From Synechococcus sp. (lineage in GTDB: Bacteria > Cyanobacteriota > Cyanobacteriia > Thermostichales > PCC-7336), in the NCBI GenBank assembly GCA_051439605.1, contig JBFRWN010000032.1:32001-96000 (forward strand): a DNA stretch of 64,000 bases, written 5' to 3'. Made by a program: the position numbers and the translations under genes. Below the pieces are notes generated by a model. The model was not told where the DNA came from. It ran no database searches and saw only the letters and a program-made list of their open reading frames with translations. Of the stretch, positions 41,927-53,477 are shown piece by piece; position 1 is the first letter of the stretch, and the number at the start of each line of letters is the position of its first letter.

Positions 41927-42238
41927 GGCTTACGTCCAAACTAAAATCTCAAAGACCATAACTGCGAATGGGGTGTTTTGGCACCACCGCTGTATTTTCG
42001 TACGTTTGTCTCTGCTGGCTTGTTTGCTGGCAGGGACATTGATTTATTGTCGAGCAGCTGGCTCATAAAATGTTCCGAGTAACTCGACAGCCACAGCGAG
42101 ACCTAATTTCTGTAGTTTTGAATTTGGAGATCGCAGTATACTAAGCTTCGAACAGTTTTTTGCTGTAAGGTTTCTGCCCATGATGGCTACCGGATTGCAG
42201 CTCAATATCCGAAAGCGTTTTCGACTTGAGACCTAACC

Positions 42239-42712
42239 ATGAAGCATCTTCTTTCCTTATGTGTCGCTCTATTCGCGAGTCTGACGCTGGCGATCGCCCC
42301 TGCCGCTGCTGCAGACCGGTCAGCTGACCTTATGCCAGACAATGCTGTTTTTCCCCATACCTCCACGCAGACTGTGATTACAACTGATTCCGGCCTCCAA
42401 TACGTCGATCTTGTAGAGGGCAGCGGCCCCAGCCCTGAAACGGGTCAAACCGTAGTGGTTCATTACACCGGTACCCTTGAAGATGGTTCTGTCTTTGATA
42501 GCTCGGTTAAGCGCAATCGACCCTTTGAATTTACGCTCGGTATTGGCCAGGTTATTAAGGGCTGGGACGAGGGTGTTGCCAGCATGAAAGTGGGCGGAAA
42601 GCGCCAACTGACCATCCCGGCCGACTTAGCGTACGGATCTCGCGGAGCAGGAGGTGTCATTCCCCCCAATGCCACCCTCAACTTTGAGGTTGAGCTCCTC
42701 GATATTAAGTAA
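42239..42712 (+). CDS. FKBP-type peptidyl-prolyl cis-trans isomerase, exported
   Basis: Signal peptide; [40 protein letters not shown]. Confidence 0.95.
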   Translation: MKHLLSLCVALFASLTLAIAPAAAADRSADLMPDNAVFPHTSTQTVITTDSGLQYVDLVEGSGPSPETGQTVVVHYTGTLEDGSVFDSSVKRNRPFEFTLGIGQVIKGWDEGVASMKVGGKRQLTIPADLAYGSRGAGGVIPPNATLNFEVELLDIK

Positions 42713-42990
42713 GTGCTCCTCTGAGGTTGGGAAGCAGTCAGAACCCAGAAGTATTGATGTATTAATTAATCCAAGTTGCTTCCCGAAGGTCGGAATACTT
42801 GCCATTGTTATTGCACCATCCCGGCCTCGTATCATTTCGACATATTCTTTGCAGGGGATTTGACAGCGATTTTTTCGCGCTGTTAAGCTTACTATTCGCG
42901 TCTTGAGGATGCCCTTGATGCTGGATGCAGACATTCGGCAAGTCAGGGGAATGTTGAGTTTGCGCTGTTAAACAGGAGAGCAATAACACT

Positions 42991-44355
42991 TTGGCCAACG
43001 TAGTAGTGATCGGCGCCCAATGGGGTGACGAGGGTAAAGGCAAAATTACCGACCTCCTGAGCGAAAATGCCGACGTTGTTGTCCGCTACCAAGGGGGGGT
43101 TAATGCTGGGCATACGGTGGTAGTTAACGGCCAGACTTTCAAGCTACATCTCATTCCATCTGGCATTTTGTATCCCGATAAACAGTGCGCGATTGCCAGC
43201 GGTACAGTCATAGACCCTAAAGTACTTCTCGGTGAAATCGACCAGCTACATGGTCTCGGCGTCTCCACCGATAATCTCTATATTGCAGAAACTGCCCACG
43301 TCACCATGCCCTATCACCGCTTGATTGATAGTGCTGAGGAAGCACGGAAGGGACACCAAAAAATTGGGACTACCGGTCGAGGTATTGGCCCTACCTATGC
43401 TGACAAATCTGAACGCACTGGAATCCGCATTTTAGATTTGATGGATCCCGATGGATTGCGTGAACGTCTAAACTGGGCCATCCCCTACAAAAATGTCCTC
43501 TTAGAGAAGCTATACGGTCTTGAACCGTTGGATCCGGAAGACATCATTGAAGAGTACTTAGGCTACGCTGAACGACTAAAACCCTACGTCACCGACGTTG
43601 GCATCGAGCTCAGCGAAGCGATCGCCAACCGCAAGAATATTTTGTTTGAGGGGGCACAGGGAACCCTTCTCGATTTAGATTACGGTACGTATCCGTTCGT
43701 GACCTCCTCCCACCCAATTGCTGGGGGCGCATGTATTGGTGCTGGCGTCGGTCCGACCATTGTCGATCGCGTGATTGGGGTGGCCAAGGCCTACACTACC
43801 CGCGTAGGGGAAGGTCCCTTTCCAACCGAGCTCATGGACGAGCGAGGTAACTATCTTTGTAAGGTGGGGGCCGAGTTTGGCACCACCACCGGTCGCCAGC
43901 GCCGCTGTGGATGGTTTGATGCGGTGATTGGCCGCTATGCGGTTCGTGTGAATGGCCTTGATTGCTTAGCCATCACCAAGCTAGACGTATTGGACGATTT
44001 GGACGAGATTAAGGTGTGTGTGGCCTACGAATACAAAGGACAGAGGGTGGAGCACTTCCCCAGCGACGCCAACGTCTTTGCCCAGTGCACCCCCATTTAC
44101 AAAACGCTACCTGGATGGAGTACCCCAACCAGTCATTGCCGCTCGATTGACGATTTACCCCCTGCAGCCTACGACTACCTTAAGTTTCTGGCTCAATTGA
44201 TGGATGTTCCCATTGCGATTGTGTCTTTGGGGGCCAGTCGCGATCAAACCATCATTGTGGAAGATCCCATCCACGGTCCTAAGCGAGCTTTGCGTTATGA
44301 AAAAGGTCAGACCGGTGACCATGCGCTTAGCCCAACCCCTGTTGAAACGGCATAG
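42991..44355 (+). CDS. purA: Adenylosuccinate synthetase
   Basis: [45 protein letters not shown] start after AGGAG. Confidence 0.98.
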   Translation: MANVVVIGAQWGDEGKGKITDLLSENADVVVRYQGGVNAGHTVVVNGQTFKLHLIPSGILYPDKQCAIASGTVIDPKVLLGEIDQLHGLGVSTDNLYIAETAHVTMPYHRLIDSAEEARKGHQKIGTTGRGIGPTYADKSERTGIRILDLMDPDGLRERLNWAIPYKNVLLEKLYGLEPLDPEDIIEEYLGYAERLKPYVTDVGIELSEAIANRKNILFEGAQGTLLDLDYGTYPFVTSSHPIAGGACIGAGVGPTIVDRVIGVAKAYTTRVGEGPFPTELMDERGNYLCKVGAEFGTTTGRQRRCGWFDAVIGRYAVRVNGLDCLAITKLDVLDDLDEIKVCVAYEYKGQRVEHFPSDANVFAQCTPIYKTLPGWSTPTSHCRSIDDLPPAAYDYLKFLAQLMDVPIAIVSLGASRDQTIIVEDPIHGPKRALRYEKGQTGDHALSPTPVETA

Positions 44356-44412
44356 AGCTTCTCGTATCAGAGCTATGCGCTTACTGTCACCAATATAGAT
44401 AGGGGTCACTTT

Positions 44413-45201
44413 TTAATGGCTCCTGGCCGGGTGTGGCCGGAATAAATGGACATGGTTGGGGTGATACAGGCGCGATCTCCGATCTCCACTGACGTTCAGT
44501 GCCGGGCTAATGAGATAGAGCACAGTGCGATTGAGTCTCTGAGCTTTAGTCAGTTCGTGGAGCTGACTGAGGGAACCCGTTAAAATCTGTTCGTCTGGCC
44601 ACCCAATGCGATAGCAAATGGCGATGGGGGTATCTGATTCGTAATGCTCCAGAAGAGTCGCCTGAACGTCTTTGGAATGATGGGCACTCAAGTACAGGCA
44701 AAGGGAAGCCCGATGGGCAGCCATCCCTGCCAAATCCTCTGCGCTTGGCACTGACGTTCGGCCGGTTGCCCGCGTCAAAATAATGCTTTGCACCAAGTTG
44801 GGCACCGTTAATTCAACTTTTAACCGTGCCGCTGCCGCCTGGAACGCACTCACCCCTGGGATAACCTCGAACTCCACTCCCGCCTCCAGGAGCGCTACCG
44901 TCATCTCCTGTTGAGCCCCATACAAACAGGGGTCCCCATCCTGAAGTCGCACCACAACTTTCCCTGATTTAGCATGGGAAATCATGCTGGGTACAAGGGT
45001 TTCTAAAACCTGCGATCTAGTATCGATCGCTTCGGCACCGGGGCGACAATAACGCAACATGCCTGCGGGAACTAGCGAGCCTGTATATACCACTACGTCT
45101 GCTGCTTGCAACAGGCGCCAGCCTCGCACTGTAATCAAGTCGGGATGTCCCGGTCCTGCACCTACGATGTATACCCGCCCGGGAATAATGTCTGTTGCCA
45201 C
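44413..45201 (-). CDS. cobM: Precorrin-4 C11-methyltransferase
   Basis: VGAGPGHPDLITVRG, YTGSLV, RLQDGDP.LYGA, PGVSAF, ELTVP..VQSIILTR, RSRLY; GTG start inferred. Confidence 0.92.
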   Translation of the reverse strand: MATDIIPGRVYIVGAGPGHPDLITVRGWRLLQAADVVVYTGSLVPAGMLRYCRPGAEAIDTRSQVLETLVPSMISHAKSGKVVVRLQDGDPCLYGAQQEMTVALLEAGVEFEVIPGVSAFQAAAARLKVELTVPNLVQSIILTRATGRTSVPSAEDLAGMAAHRASLCLYLSAHHSKDVQATLLEHYESDTPIAICYRIGWPDEQILTGSLSQLHELTKAQRLNRTVLYLISPALNVSGDRRSRLYHPNHVHLFRPHPARSH

Positions 45202-45741
45202 TGTCCATCTCCAAAGATGTTTACCCAGCATACTGATGGGAACAGATGAAGCCAAGAGTTGTCCTTAGATTCAATAACTCTAAACGAGGATAGGCCGTAC
45301 TTCCGCATGTCAAGAATTCAGTTCATAAGCAACTCCTAATGGAATGGGGAATTGCACGTATATTTACGGGAGACCTAGGGACAAGGGGCGGTTAAATAAT
45401 TCGTCAGTATGGGCAAGGTAATTTTGCTGCTGGAACTACCGAAAACTATGACCATAGCTTTTGATACTCCCTTACCGATATCAAGCTGAATCTTGAATAA
45501 CGAACATTTCTAAATCTCAAATGCCTGAGAAAAAATAGACAAATAAGTTAAATAGAGTAATATCTGTTGAGGTTCAAAATGAAAAGTACTAAAGCAAGTC
45601 AAGTGATTCTGCCAAAAGTAATCTGTGACGGTAGTTTCTATTGGGAACGAATTTTTAAAACTAGTAAATATGCACCTCATTTCGATCTCGAATGTATGAG
45701 ACCAGTTATCGATTGCGATGGTAGCTTTCCCATAAAAAACT

Positions 45742-48219
45742 ATGATACATTATCTCGATTTGATATCAGCGCTGCTACCGTTGAATCCCAATTATAGCTG
45801 GGATAGTCACTGGCCATTATCTAAAGACCTCCCGGACTTCGATGGGTTTGTTGATCGAACTGTCAAAGATGTATTATTTCAAGTAGATATTGCTGGAAAA
45901 TGGAAGTTTCTCAGCCCCGACTGGTCCCAGCTATCTGGATTTAAATTAGAAGAAAGTTTAGGATTGTCTTTCCTAGATTTTATCTGTCTTAATGACAGGA
46001 GAGTTGTCCACAATCTATTTCAGCAATTAATTTCTGGGCACCAAACCAGCTTTCGCATCAATACACGATTGCGAGTAAAAGATAGCGACTACCGCTACGT
46101 AGAAATATGTGCCTGCTTACTCTTGAGCGATCGGCAGAAGGTTGTAGGAATGACTGGAACCCTCACTGAAGTAGCTGGACGGAAGTCAGAACTTTGGTCT
46201 AAAAGCTCGCTAAGCTGTTCCAACCGCCATCTGGAAAATTTTTTTCAATCACTTTCCTTTCCTGCGAGTATCATTGAACCATTCGATACTGACATCCTAT
46301 TTCTCTATACCAATAAAGCTGCAGAGGATTTCTACACCCTTTTTCCCGAACAAGAGAATCAGCGTTTTGCTCGAAGATTGGGCATTCCTCAACATTATAT
46401 TTACCCATTGCTAGAATACTGTCATCGCAGCCAGCAGTCTGGCCTGCCAACACAGTTTGAGATTAAGTATGAAAATGGCACAGAATCCAAATGGCTAGCT
46501 CACACAGTTTGCCCCCTAGGCAGAACTGCCAGTGGCAAGCCTATGTTCTCGTTCACTGCAATCGATATCACCGAAAGCAAGCAGACTGTGGAGACTTTGG
46601 TCGCGAGTGAGGCTCGTTACCGTTCGGTTCTAGAAGCATTGACAGAGTATGTCCATTGTTGCTCTCCAGATTACAAATTCACATTTGCTAATCATGCATA
46701 TTGCCAGTTTAGGCAAAAATCTTCAGACGAGCTAATTGGCATCGGAATCTTCGATGATGTTTCACCTGAGGATAGAGAACTAGTTCGTAAACATTTTGAT
46801 TCACTTACACTTGAAAAACCGATTGCAGTTGGTGAGAACCGTACGGTTTCTCCTGAAGGTCAGGTGCACTGGCACCAATGGATTGATCGGGCAATTTTCA
46901 ATGAAAGGGGTAAACTTGTCGAAATTCAATCTGTCGGCAGAGATATCACCGATCGCAAGCGTTCCGAAGAGACTCTTAAACTTCTGAATTCAGAACTTGA
47001 ACAGCGGACTAGTGAATTACAAAAGGCTCTAGAGTTTGATGCCCTTCTCAAACGCATTATCGATCAAATGCGCGACAGTCTCGATGAAAGCCAAATTCTC
47101 AATGTTGTTGTCCGAGAATTGGGCCAGGCTCTCGGTGCTGAATATTGCAATACTGCCCTTTACGATAATGGAAAGATCATATTTGAGAGCCTGCACGAAT
47201 ATTCTAGGTCTAAAGCTCCTATCAACTTGATTCAGATTGCACTTGCAGATTTTCCTAGAGCTTATTATCAGGTGCTTCAAGGAAAGAATGCTTGCTTTTG
47301 CTGGGCGCAACAGTCTGCCGTCCAACAACCTCAGTCGCGATACTCTGTTTTGGTCTCTCCGATCGTTGACGATCGGGGGGTCTTGGGCAACCTGCGGATT
47401 TTTAAACAAGCTGATAGGATTTACGAGCCGTCTGAACTGCGATTGGTTGAGCAAGTGTCAACTCATTGCGCAATTGCAATTCGTCAAGCCAGGCTCTTCC
47501 AGGCAGCCCAGGCACAGGTTCAGGAACTGGAACGACTGAACATCATGAAAGATGATTTTCTCAGTACTGTCTCGCACGAATTAAGGACACCAATCACTAG
47601 CATGAAGATGGCAATCCAAATGCTGAAGGTATCTGATTCGGAGGAGAAAAGGCAGCGATATCTTGCTGCTCTGGAGTCCGAGTGTCAACGAGAAGCCAAT
47701 TTGGTTAACGATCTTCTCGATCTACAGAGGCTGCAATCTGGAGCTAGTCCTCTAGAGATAACCGAAATAAACCTCCAGGCCTGGATTCCCAAACTAGTAA
47801 AGTCATTCACCCCTCGCATTGAACAACGACAGCAGCAGTTAGACATAACAATCAACCCATCCATTGCGCCACTTCGAACGGATGAAAAGAGTTTGCATCG
47901 GATTTTGGCAGAGCTAGTCAATAATGCCTGCAAATATACGCCTGATGGAGGCTCGATCTCTGTTGTCGCTGACACTAGCGTAGATAGTTGGGGACTAATC
48001 AGCGTCAGCAATTCTGGAGCAGAGATTTCACCGGCGGAAATAGAGCGTATTTTTGACAAGTTTTATCGCATTCCCAGTGGCGATCCCTGGAAGCAAGGAG
48101 GTACTGGATTGGGGCTCGCGCTAATCGCGCAATTAGTAGACCATCTTGGTGGATCGATCGAGGTCTGCAGCGAGGATGGACAAGTCACCTTCTCTGTTAG
48201 ACTACCAAGCAATAAGTAG
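45742..48219 (+). CDS. PAS/PAS/PAS-GAF sensor histidine kinase
   Basis: PAS-PAC repeats (DITESK, GRDITDRK), GAF (RDSLDE..IL..V..ELG), H-box STVSHELRTP, ELVNNACKYTP, GGTGLGL. Confidence 0.93.
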   Translation: MIHYLDLISALLPLNPNYSWDSHWPLSKDLPDFDGFVDRTVKDVLFQVDIAGKWKFLSPDWSQLSGFKLEESLGLSFLDFICLNDRRVVHNLFQQLISGHQTSFRINTRLRVKDSDYRYVEICACLLLSDRQKVVGMTGTLTEVAGRKSELWSKSSLSCSNRHLENFFQSLSFPASIIEPFDTDILFLYTNKAAEDFYTLFPEQENQRFARRLGIPQHYIYPLLEYCHRSQQSGLPTQFEIKYENGTESKWLAHTVCPLGRTASGKPMFSFTAIDITESKQTVETLVASEARYRSVLEALTEYVHCCSPDYKFTFANHAYCQFRQKSSDELIGIGIFDDVSPEDRELVRKHFDSLTLEKPIAVGENRTVSPEGQVHWHQWIDRAIFNERGKLVEIQSVGRDITDRKRSEETLKLLNSELEQRTSELQKALEFDALLKRIIDQMRDSLDESQILNVVVRELGQALGAEYCNTALYDNGKIIFESLHEYSRSKAPINLIQIALADFPRAYYQVLQGKNACFCWAQQSAVQQPQSRYSVLVSPIVDDRGVLGNLRIFKQADRIYEPSELRLVEQVSTHCAIAIRQARLFQAAQAQVQELERLNIMKDDFLSTVSHELRTPITSMKMAIQMLKVSDSEEKRQRYLAALESECQREANLVNDLLDLQRLQSGASPLEITEINLQAWIPKLVKSFTPRIEQRQQQLDITINPSIAPLRTDEKSLHRILAELVNNACKYTPDGGSISVVADTSVDSWGLISVSNSGAEISPAEIERIFDKFYRIPSGDPWKQGGTGLGLALIAQLVDHLGGSIEVCSEDGQVTFSVRLPSNK

Positions 48220-48582
48220 CATTAGTGCTGGTACTATTTCCTCATACTAAAGAGAACTACGATTTTTACTAAGCAAACAAAGGCTTCATAGCCTGTTGGA
48301 ACCAACTACTGCTTTCGGTAGCAAGGTTGTTCAAGTCAGTTCGATATTGGCCACCTAATGCAAAATGAGCGACTTCTTGAACAAAAATGTCGGTATTCTC
48401 GGTATTCTAGGCTCTTGTTCCCCTTTCACGAGCCGGCGGGGGACCATCGAACTCAGACTGTTCAGGTGACATTATCCTGCAAATAACCAAATTTTACTCC
48501 GAACGCTAGTAATCGGTGGTCGTTCCAAGCAAACAAGAATTTCTCCTTTGCCAATCGTTACACATCCAGCCTCTGTAGCCAA

Positions 48583-49428
48583 CTACTCCAGCCCACTGTT
48601 GGGAAGATCCGATACAGAGATTAACGGTAAGTCCCATTTTTCTGCAATTTTAGCTAGCTCGCCATTTTCTTCTAGTACCGCAATAGCTGCATTGAATGCT
48701 GAGGTGAGTTCAGGGGTTGTAGGCTGCACTGCAATCCCGTAATACTCGGATGTAAACGGCTCGCCTACCATTGTCAAGGTAGAAGGAAACTGCCGATTGA
48801 TAATATCGGCGGAGGTGGGAGCATCTGTAATCACGGCATCAATATCACCCTGTGCCAGGGCTTGCATGGCTAGGTCGATTGTCTCGAATCGCATGATATT
48901 GCCGTTGGCACTATAGTCAGTGGCGACAAGATCGCCCGTTGTGCCAAGTTGCACGCCCACAACCTTGTCCTCCAGATCTTTCGGACCAGCGATATCGCTA
49001 TTTACTGGAACGGTGACAATCTGACCTGCCTTGAGATATGGCCGAGTAAAGTCAACCACTTGTGCTCTCTCTGGAGTGATCGTAATGGCAGAGGCCACCG
49101 CATCGAACTCGCCTGCTGCTAGGGTTGTAAAAATACCATCGAAACTCGTGCTCTGGAATTTGGGGATACAGTCAAGTAGCTCGCACAAGGCAGCCAGTAA
49201 ATCAACATCAAAGCCTTGAATCTCATTGTCGGCTGTGACGAATCCGAATGGGGGGTACGTTGTATCGGACCCAATCGAAATATCTCGCCCTCCTAGAGTC
49301 GGAAGAGTATTGGAGGGGAGTTTGGCTGTCCTATCTGTAGATGAATTATCTAAGGCAGAAGTCTGTAAAGAGCATCCATAGTTAGCCAATGCTAATGCTA
49401 GGGCCAAACAATGTGAAAGATATTTCAT
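48583..49428 (-). CDS. Polar amino-acid ABC substrate-binding lipoprotein (family 3)
   Basis: Lipobox-like ANYGC; TYPPF, GFDVDL, ITITPERAQVVDFTRPY, VGVQLGTTG, EYYGIAV. Confidence 0.92.
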   Translation of the reverse strand: MKYLSHCLALALALANYGCSLQTSALDNSSTDRTAKLPSNTLPTLGGRDISIGSDTTYPPFGFVTADNEIQGFDVDLLAALCELLDCIPKFQSTSFDGIFTTLAAGEFDAVASAITITPERAQVVDFTRPYLKAGQIVTVPVNSDIAGPKDLEDKVVGVQLGTTGDLVATDYSANGNIMRFETIDLAMQALAQGDIDAVITDAPTSADIINRQFPSTLTMVGEPFTSEYYGIAVQPTTPELTSAFNAAIAVLEENGELAKIAEKWDLPLISVSDLPNSGLE

Positions 49429-49978
49429 GTTAAATGAGATCGATTGGGAAAAAGTAAAGTTGTTATTCTCAAGCTCTATGCCAACTTGTCATAACTCTTC
49501 CCAATTCAATGAGCTTTATGACACAGAGCAGGATTACAAATGAATTCTGAAGTGCTAGATCGTTTTATCGGCTGCTTTGTGAAAATTAGATATGAAGCCA
49601 ATATTTGAATTAGAGCTGAAGAAGTTACGATCTAATCCTTATCTGAAAGGGATTGTGAGTCATCACAGACTCTCTAACACCATAATATTTCGTTTGAGTA
49701 AGAGCACAAAATGAGTTCGTCATTACATAGGGAACGATGTTATCAATTCTTGCATTCCAGAAAATCTGCAAGTATTAAATTATATGCCTATGCAGCATTT
49801 ATCATACTATGCGATGTTTGTAATGGGTGAATATACTGGTTTTTTTAGGCTTTTCCATCCTCTATCCGTATAAAATCCATCTATAAACGTTACGGTTGTA
49901 GCTCGTTTAGCTGCAGCCTAGTATCGAATCGGACAAATAATTATACCCAAGTGCATCGATCGCAGAGGATTATCTATC

Positions 49979-50749
49979 ATGAAATCGCTAGAACCCCGGT
50001 TTATCTATGCTGAGTGCGAACGCCATGCTCTTGAGCAGATGGAAAAACTGTTTGATTCAGTCCTGTTTACGAGAGAATTTCATCTAGGTCAGGCAACCGA
50101 TCGCGAATATTACAAGCGTCATCTTCTTGAAGCAGTCATTCGAATCGGACTCAATAACGATGTCGATACCTACTGTTTGCACAAAATTGTTAGCAGCAAT
50201 GCTTCAGTAGCTAAAAAATTGCTTGATTATTTGAAAGAGGAATATGGCCACGATAGTATGATTGCAAAGGATTTGGAGAAATTTGGTATTACTGAGACAG
50301 AAATACTGGAAACAAAACCTTTGTTCTCGACTAAGCTGTTGATCTCTTTTATGTACTATGAGATAGATAAAGAAGGGGCAATGCCTACTGTGGTTTGGAA
50401 TTGGTTTGTTGAATGGTACTCTCACCGGTATAATATGACAATTACTCAGAAGGCAGAGCAAGAGTTTGGGCTCAATAAAGTTCGAAATTCTCTGGCTCAT
50501 CTCAGGATTGATGAAGAAATGACTCATGAAGACGATATGACTTCTGCGCTCTCTCTTTTGATTCACGATGAAAGCGAATTGGAAAAGTCCAAGAGTTACC
50601 TGACGAGCTACATTCAATTGATTGGTATGTACTTCCAAGAGCTATACAACCTGACAGTGGGTGCAACTACTGATGTAGATCTTTCTCGAATGTCCTATTT
50701 TGAAACTTGTTTAGGGAACGATAGTAAGCAACAGGTAGTTGCTCGATAG
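49979..50749 (+). CDS. Heme-oxygenase-like (TenA/PqqC/CADD fold) putative diiron enzyme
   Basis: All-helical; YLKEEYGHD..IAKDL..FG, FVEWYS, AHLRIDEEMTHED carboxylate/His ligand pattern; AGAGGA RBS. Confidence 0.65.
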   Translation: MKSLEPRFIYAECERHALEQMEKLFDSVLFTREFHLGQATDREYYKRHLLEAVIRIGLNNDVDTYCLHKIVSSNASVAKKLLDYLKEEYGHDSMIAKDLEKFGITETEILETKPLFSTKLLISFMYYEIDKEGAMPTVVWNWFVEWYSHRYNMTITQKAEQEFGLNKVRNSLAHLRIDEEMTHEDDMTSALSLLIHDESELEKSKSYLTSYIQLIGMYFQELYNLTVGATTDVDLSRMSYFETCLGNDSKQQVVAR

Positions 50750-50879
50750 ATTCCCTTCTGGTCAATCTGCGAAGCGACCTCCGCCAGGAGATCGCTTTGT
50801 GATATTGAGAAGTATTGACTGTCTCTACGCATCAGTTCAAAACTCGGTAATTCCGCGACCAAGAAGTGATAGGAGATAG

Positions 50880-51806
50880 ATGAATCTAAGAAAATCACTT
50901 CATTCAGACTTGATCTTGCTTTTTGTTGCATTCGTCTGGGGATCTACCTTTACGATTGTCAAGGAGGCAACAGCTTTAATCCCCCCATTTTCATTCTTAG
51001 GAATTCGGTTTCTCATCGCATCTGTTGTGTTGGGATTTGGTCTATTACTCAGACCAAAACTAAGAGTGCTGCTAGATAGGGATCTTGGACAAGCAGGAGT
51101 CTTCTTAGGTATATGGCTTTTCTTGGCCTACTCCGTACAAACCATTGGTTTACAGTACACCTCAGCTGGTAGAACAGGTTTTATTACAGGTCTCTCAGTT
51201 TGCCTTGTACCGTTTGTTGCAGTGAAAATTTTGCGGCAGAGATTGCATAGGTACTCGTTCTTAGGTGTGACTTTAGCTGTTATTGGTCTAGCATTTCTTT
51301 TTTTATCTCCGCATTCTCTAGCGATGAATTGGGGGGATGTGCTAGTTGGCTTATGCGCAGTTGCCTTTGCCATCCATATTGTATTGGTCAGTAAATTTGC
51401 CAATACCTATCATCCCCTACTGCTGGGATGGGTACAGCTATTTACAGCAGCAACCTTAAACCTGTTAGCGGCCCTGGTACTAGAGCCTTTAGATAAGGCT
51501 TTAGATCCAGACATACTGTTCCAAACTCAAATACTACAGGCTTTTTTCATTACTTCCTTGTTTGCCTCCGTACTGGCATACGTCGCACAAATTTATTGTC
51601 AGAGGTACACGTCTCCAGTACGAGCGGCTCTTATGTTTTCTGCTGAACCTGTGTTTGCGATCGTAACTGCCTACTGGTGGGCAGGAGAGGTTCTCACTGG
51701 ATGGAATCTCCTAGGCTGTGGTTTGATCTTGAGCGGAATGATAGTACCCGATCTGTTTAGGGTTAGGGAATTATCTCTTTCAATGGAGGACCTGACTAGA
51801 AAGTAG
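50880..51806 (+). CDS. EamA/DMT family transporter
   Basis: VWGSTF..VK, RFLIA, GLQYTSA..GFITGL, GD.LV..CA, AEPVFA; about 10 TM. Confidence 0.92.
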   Translation: MNLRKSLHSDLILLFVAFVWGSTFTIVKEATALIPPFSFLGIRFLIASVVLGFGLLLRPKLRVLLDRDLGQAGVFLGIWLFLAYSVQTIGLQYTSAGRTGFITGLSVCLVPFVAVKILRQRLHRYSFLGVTLAVIGLAFLFLSPHSLAMNWGDVLVGLCAVAFAIHIVLVSKFANTYHPLLLGWVQLFTAATLNLLAALVLEPLDKALDPDILFQTQILQAFFITSLFASVLAYVAQIYCQRYTSPVRAALMFSAEPVFAIVTAYWWAGEVLTGWNLLGCGLILSGMIVPDLFRVRELSLSMEDLTRK

Positions 51807-51948
51807 GCTCCATAGGGTTGCCAAGAAACAATTCATGATGGCTTTCTTGCATCATTTCTTTTAGGTTATAAAAACTAGCCAGAGGATGGGACCAACTTGT
51901 TCTTTTGCGCTTATTTCGTTCAGCAAAGTCAAAAGCTATCCGGATTTT

Positions 51949-53265
51949 TCATTCATCCAGCCAACATTCCTCATCGATCAATAAACTGAGCTGCTCATGC
52001 TCGGGAATCCATGCGGTTTCTTCTTCTACCCAATTGCCCCAGTTAGAAAGGGTGTCTATTGCCAGTTGGCGAGCAGCTTGCAGCATATCTTGCCTCAATC
52101 CACTCAGGTCCTCGCGAACCTGCAGGTAATGTTCTAGGGCCTCGATAGGGCTGAGGTCGGGGGCTGCCAAGCTGGGTAGACGGGTGCGACTGGGGGTGAT
52201 GACTTCTGGGCTGATGGAATAGTTGGATGCTGAGGTGAGTAAGTCGTGCAATTGTCGATCGCTAATTTCGTCTACACGGTCGGAGCGAATACGATAAATT
52301 AGTCGCACGACAGCATCGGCAATCTCTTGGCTGGCGATCGCCTGCTGTAGGATGCGCATGGGTGAATCTTCTAAGTTCGCTTGGGTTAAGTCCACCCGAA
52401 TAGTGCAAAAGCGACGGACATTGAGGGGAATAAATTCGTAATCGGTTCCCTCGGCAGTAACCTCCGCTAATATAAATCCCTTTTCCTCTTGTTCTTCGCC
52501 AAAATCCACCCGCTCGATGCTGCCAGGATAGATGACAGGAGGATTGTCGCAGAGTACTTGATGGCAGTGAATGTGGCCGAGTGCGACGTACTGGTAGGCC
52601 GGACGAGCCACTAACTGCAGAGGAACGGTAAAGCCTTTGCCCACCGCTAGGTGGCGCTCGGCTCCGAATCGAGCCCGATCGATTGTGGTGTGGGCCAGCA
52701 GGATGGCTGGGATAGCAGGATCTAGATTGCGGGTTTCAGCTTCGAGAGCAACGTCCAGCTTTTTAAGCAGATTTTGAGCGAGGGCAATTGAGGACATTCC
52801 CTCTGTTTCAGGACGGGTGAGCAACGCAGAGCGGTTGAGCCAGGGAAGAGTCGTCACCTGAATAGGGCCATTTTGGGTCTCCACTTTGAGGGTGCGAAGG
52901 CGATCGCCAACGAAAAAGCCCGGTACCGAGAGGGTGCGGTAGATGCTGAGGCTGTTGCCTTCCAGCCCTTGAGCCTGCTGATCGTGATTGCCCACCAGCA
53001 ACACGGTAGGGATCTTTGCGGCGGCAAGGCGACTAAATTGGGTCGCAAAAGCTTCTTGGTGAAGCGGAGGAGGCGTGGCATCAGGAAAGGCGTCGCCACC
53101 AAATAGAACTAGGTCAACGGGTTCTGCAATGGCGCGATCGATGCAGCAACTGAGGCTGGCAGTGAAATCTTCGAAGCGGGTGTTGAGTCCAGTTTGGGGG
53201 TTAATACAACCGTGCTTGAGACCGCTGCCGAGATGAATATCAGATAGATGCAGAATCTTGACCAT
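51949..53265 (-). CDS. sbcD: SbcD/Mre11 nuclease
   Basis: HLSDIHLG, FGGDAF, LVGNHD, LAH, ALGHIH, YPGSIERVDFGE. Confidence 0.95.
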   Translation of the reverse strand: MVKILHLSDIHLGSGLKHGCINPQTGLNTRFEDFTASLSCCIDRAIAEPVDLVLFGGDAFPDATPPPLHQEAFATQFSRLAAAKIPTVLLVGNHDQQAQGLEGNSLSIYRTLSVPGFFVGDRLRTLKVETQNGPIQVTTLPWLNRSALLTRPETEGMSSIALAQNLLKKLDVALEAETRNLDPAIPAILLAHTTIDRARFGAERHLAVGKGFTVPLQLVARPAYQYVALGHIHCHQVLCDNPPVIYPGSIERVDFGEEQEEKGFILAEVTAEGTDYEFIPLNVRRFCTIRVDLTQANLEDSPMRILQQAIASQEIADAVVRLIYRIRSDRVDEISDRQLHDLLTSASNYSISPEVITPSRTRLPSLAAPDLSPIEALEHYLQVREDLSGLRQDMLQAARQLAIDTLSNWGNWVEEETAWIPEHEQLSLLIDEECWLDE

Positions 53266-53477
53266 GATGAGGAAACGGAACGGGCAAATGCGATGGATGG
53301 GGCCATTGAATCAAAATTCGCCTGCCACAAGTCGCTCCCTTCCCGTGGGAACCATGCTTCAGTTTTGCGATTGCTTAGCTTGCGCGATCGTCATCTGCAG
53401 TCCATATCTCTCTTTCTCGCTTGCATCCCCCCTCTACACTGTCTGGCAAAGGTTTGAGTGCTGGGAAATGTTTGCCC

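Noticed and set aside
47040..47500. GAF domain as a bilin-binding photoreceptor
   Set aside because: Cys residues are present but there is no DIP/DXCF motif or CH chromophore-attachment motif
49654..49667. TGTGA-N4-TCACA palindrome as a CRP site
   Set aside because: Spacer is 4 nt rather than 6; cannot be assigned to a factor
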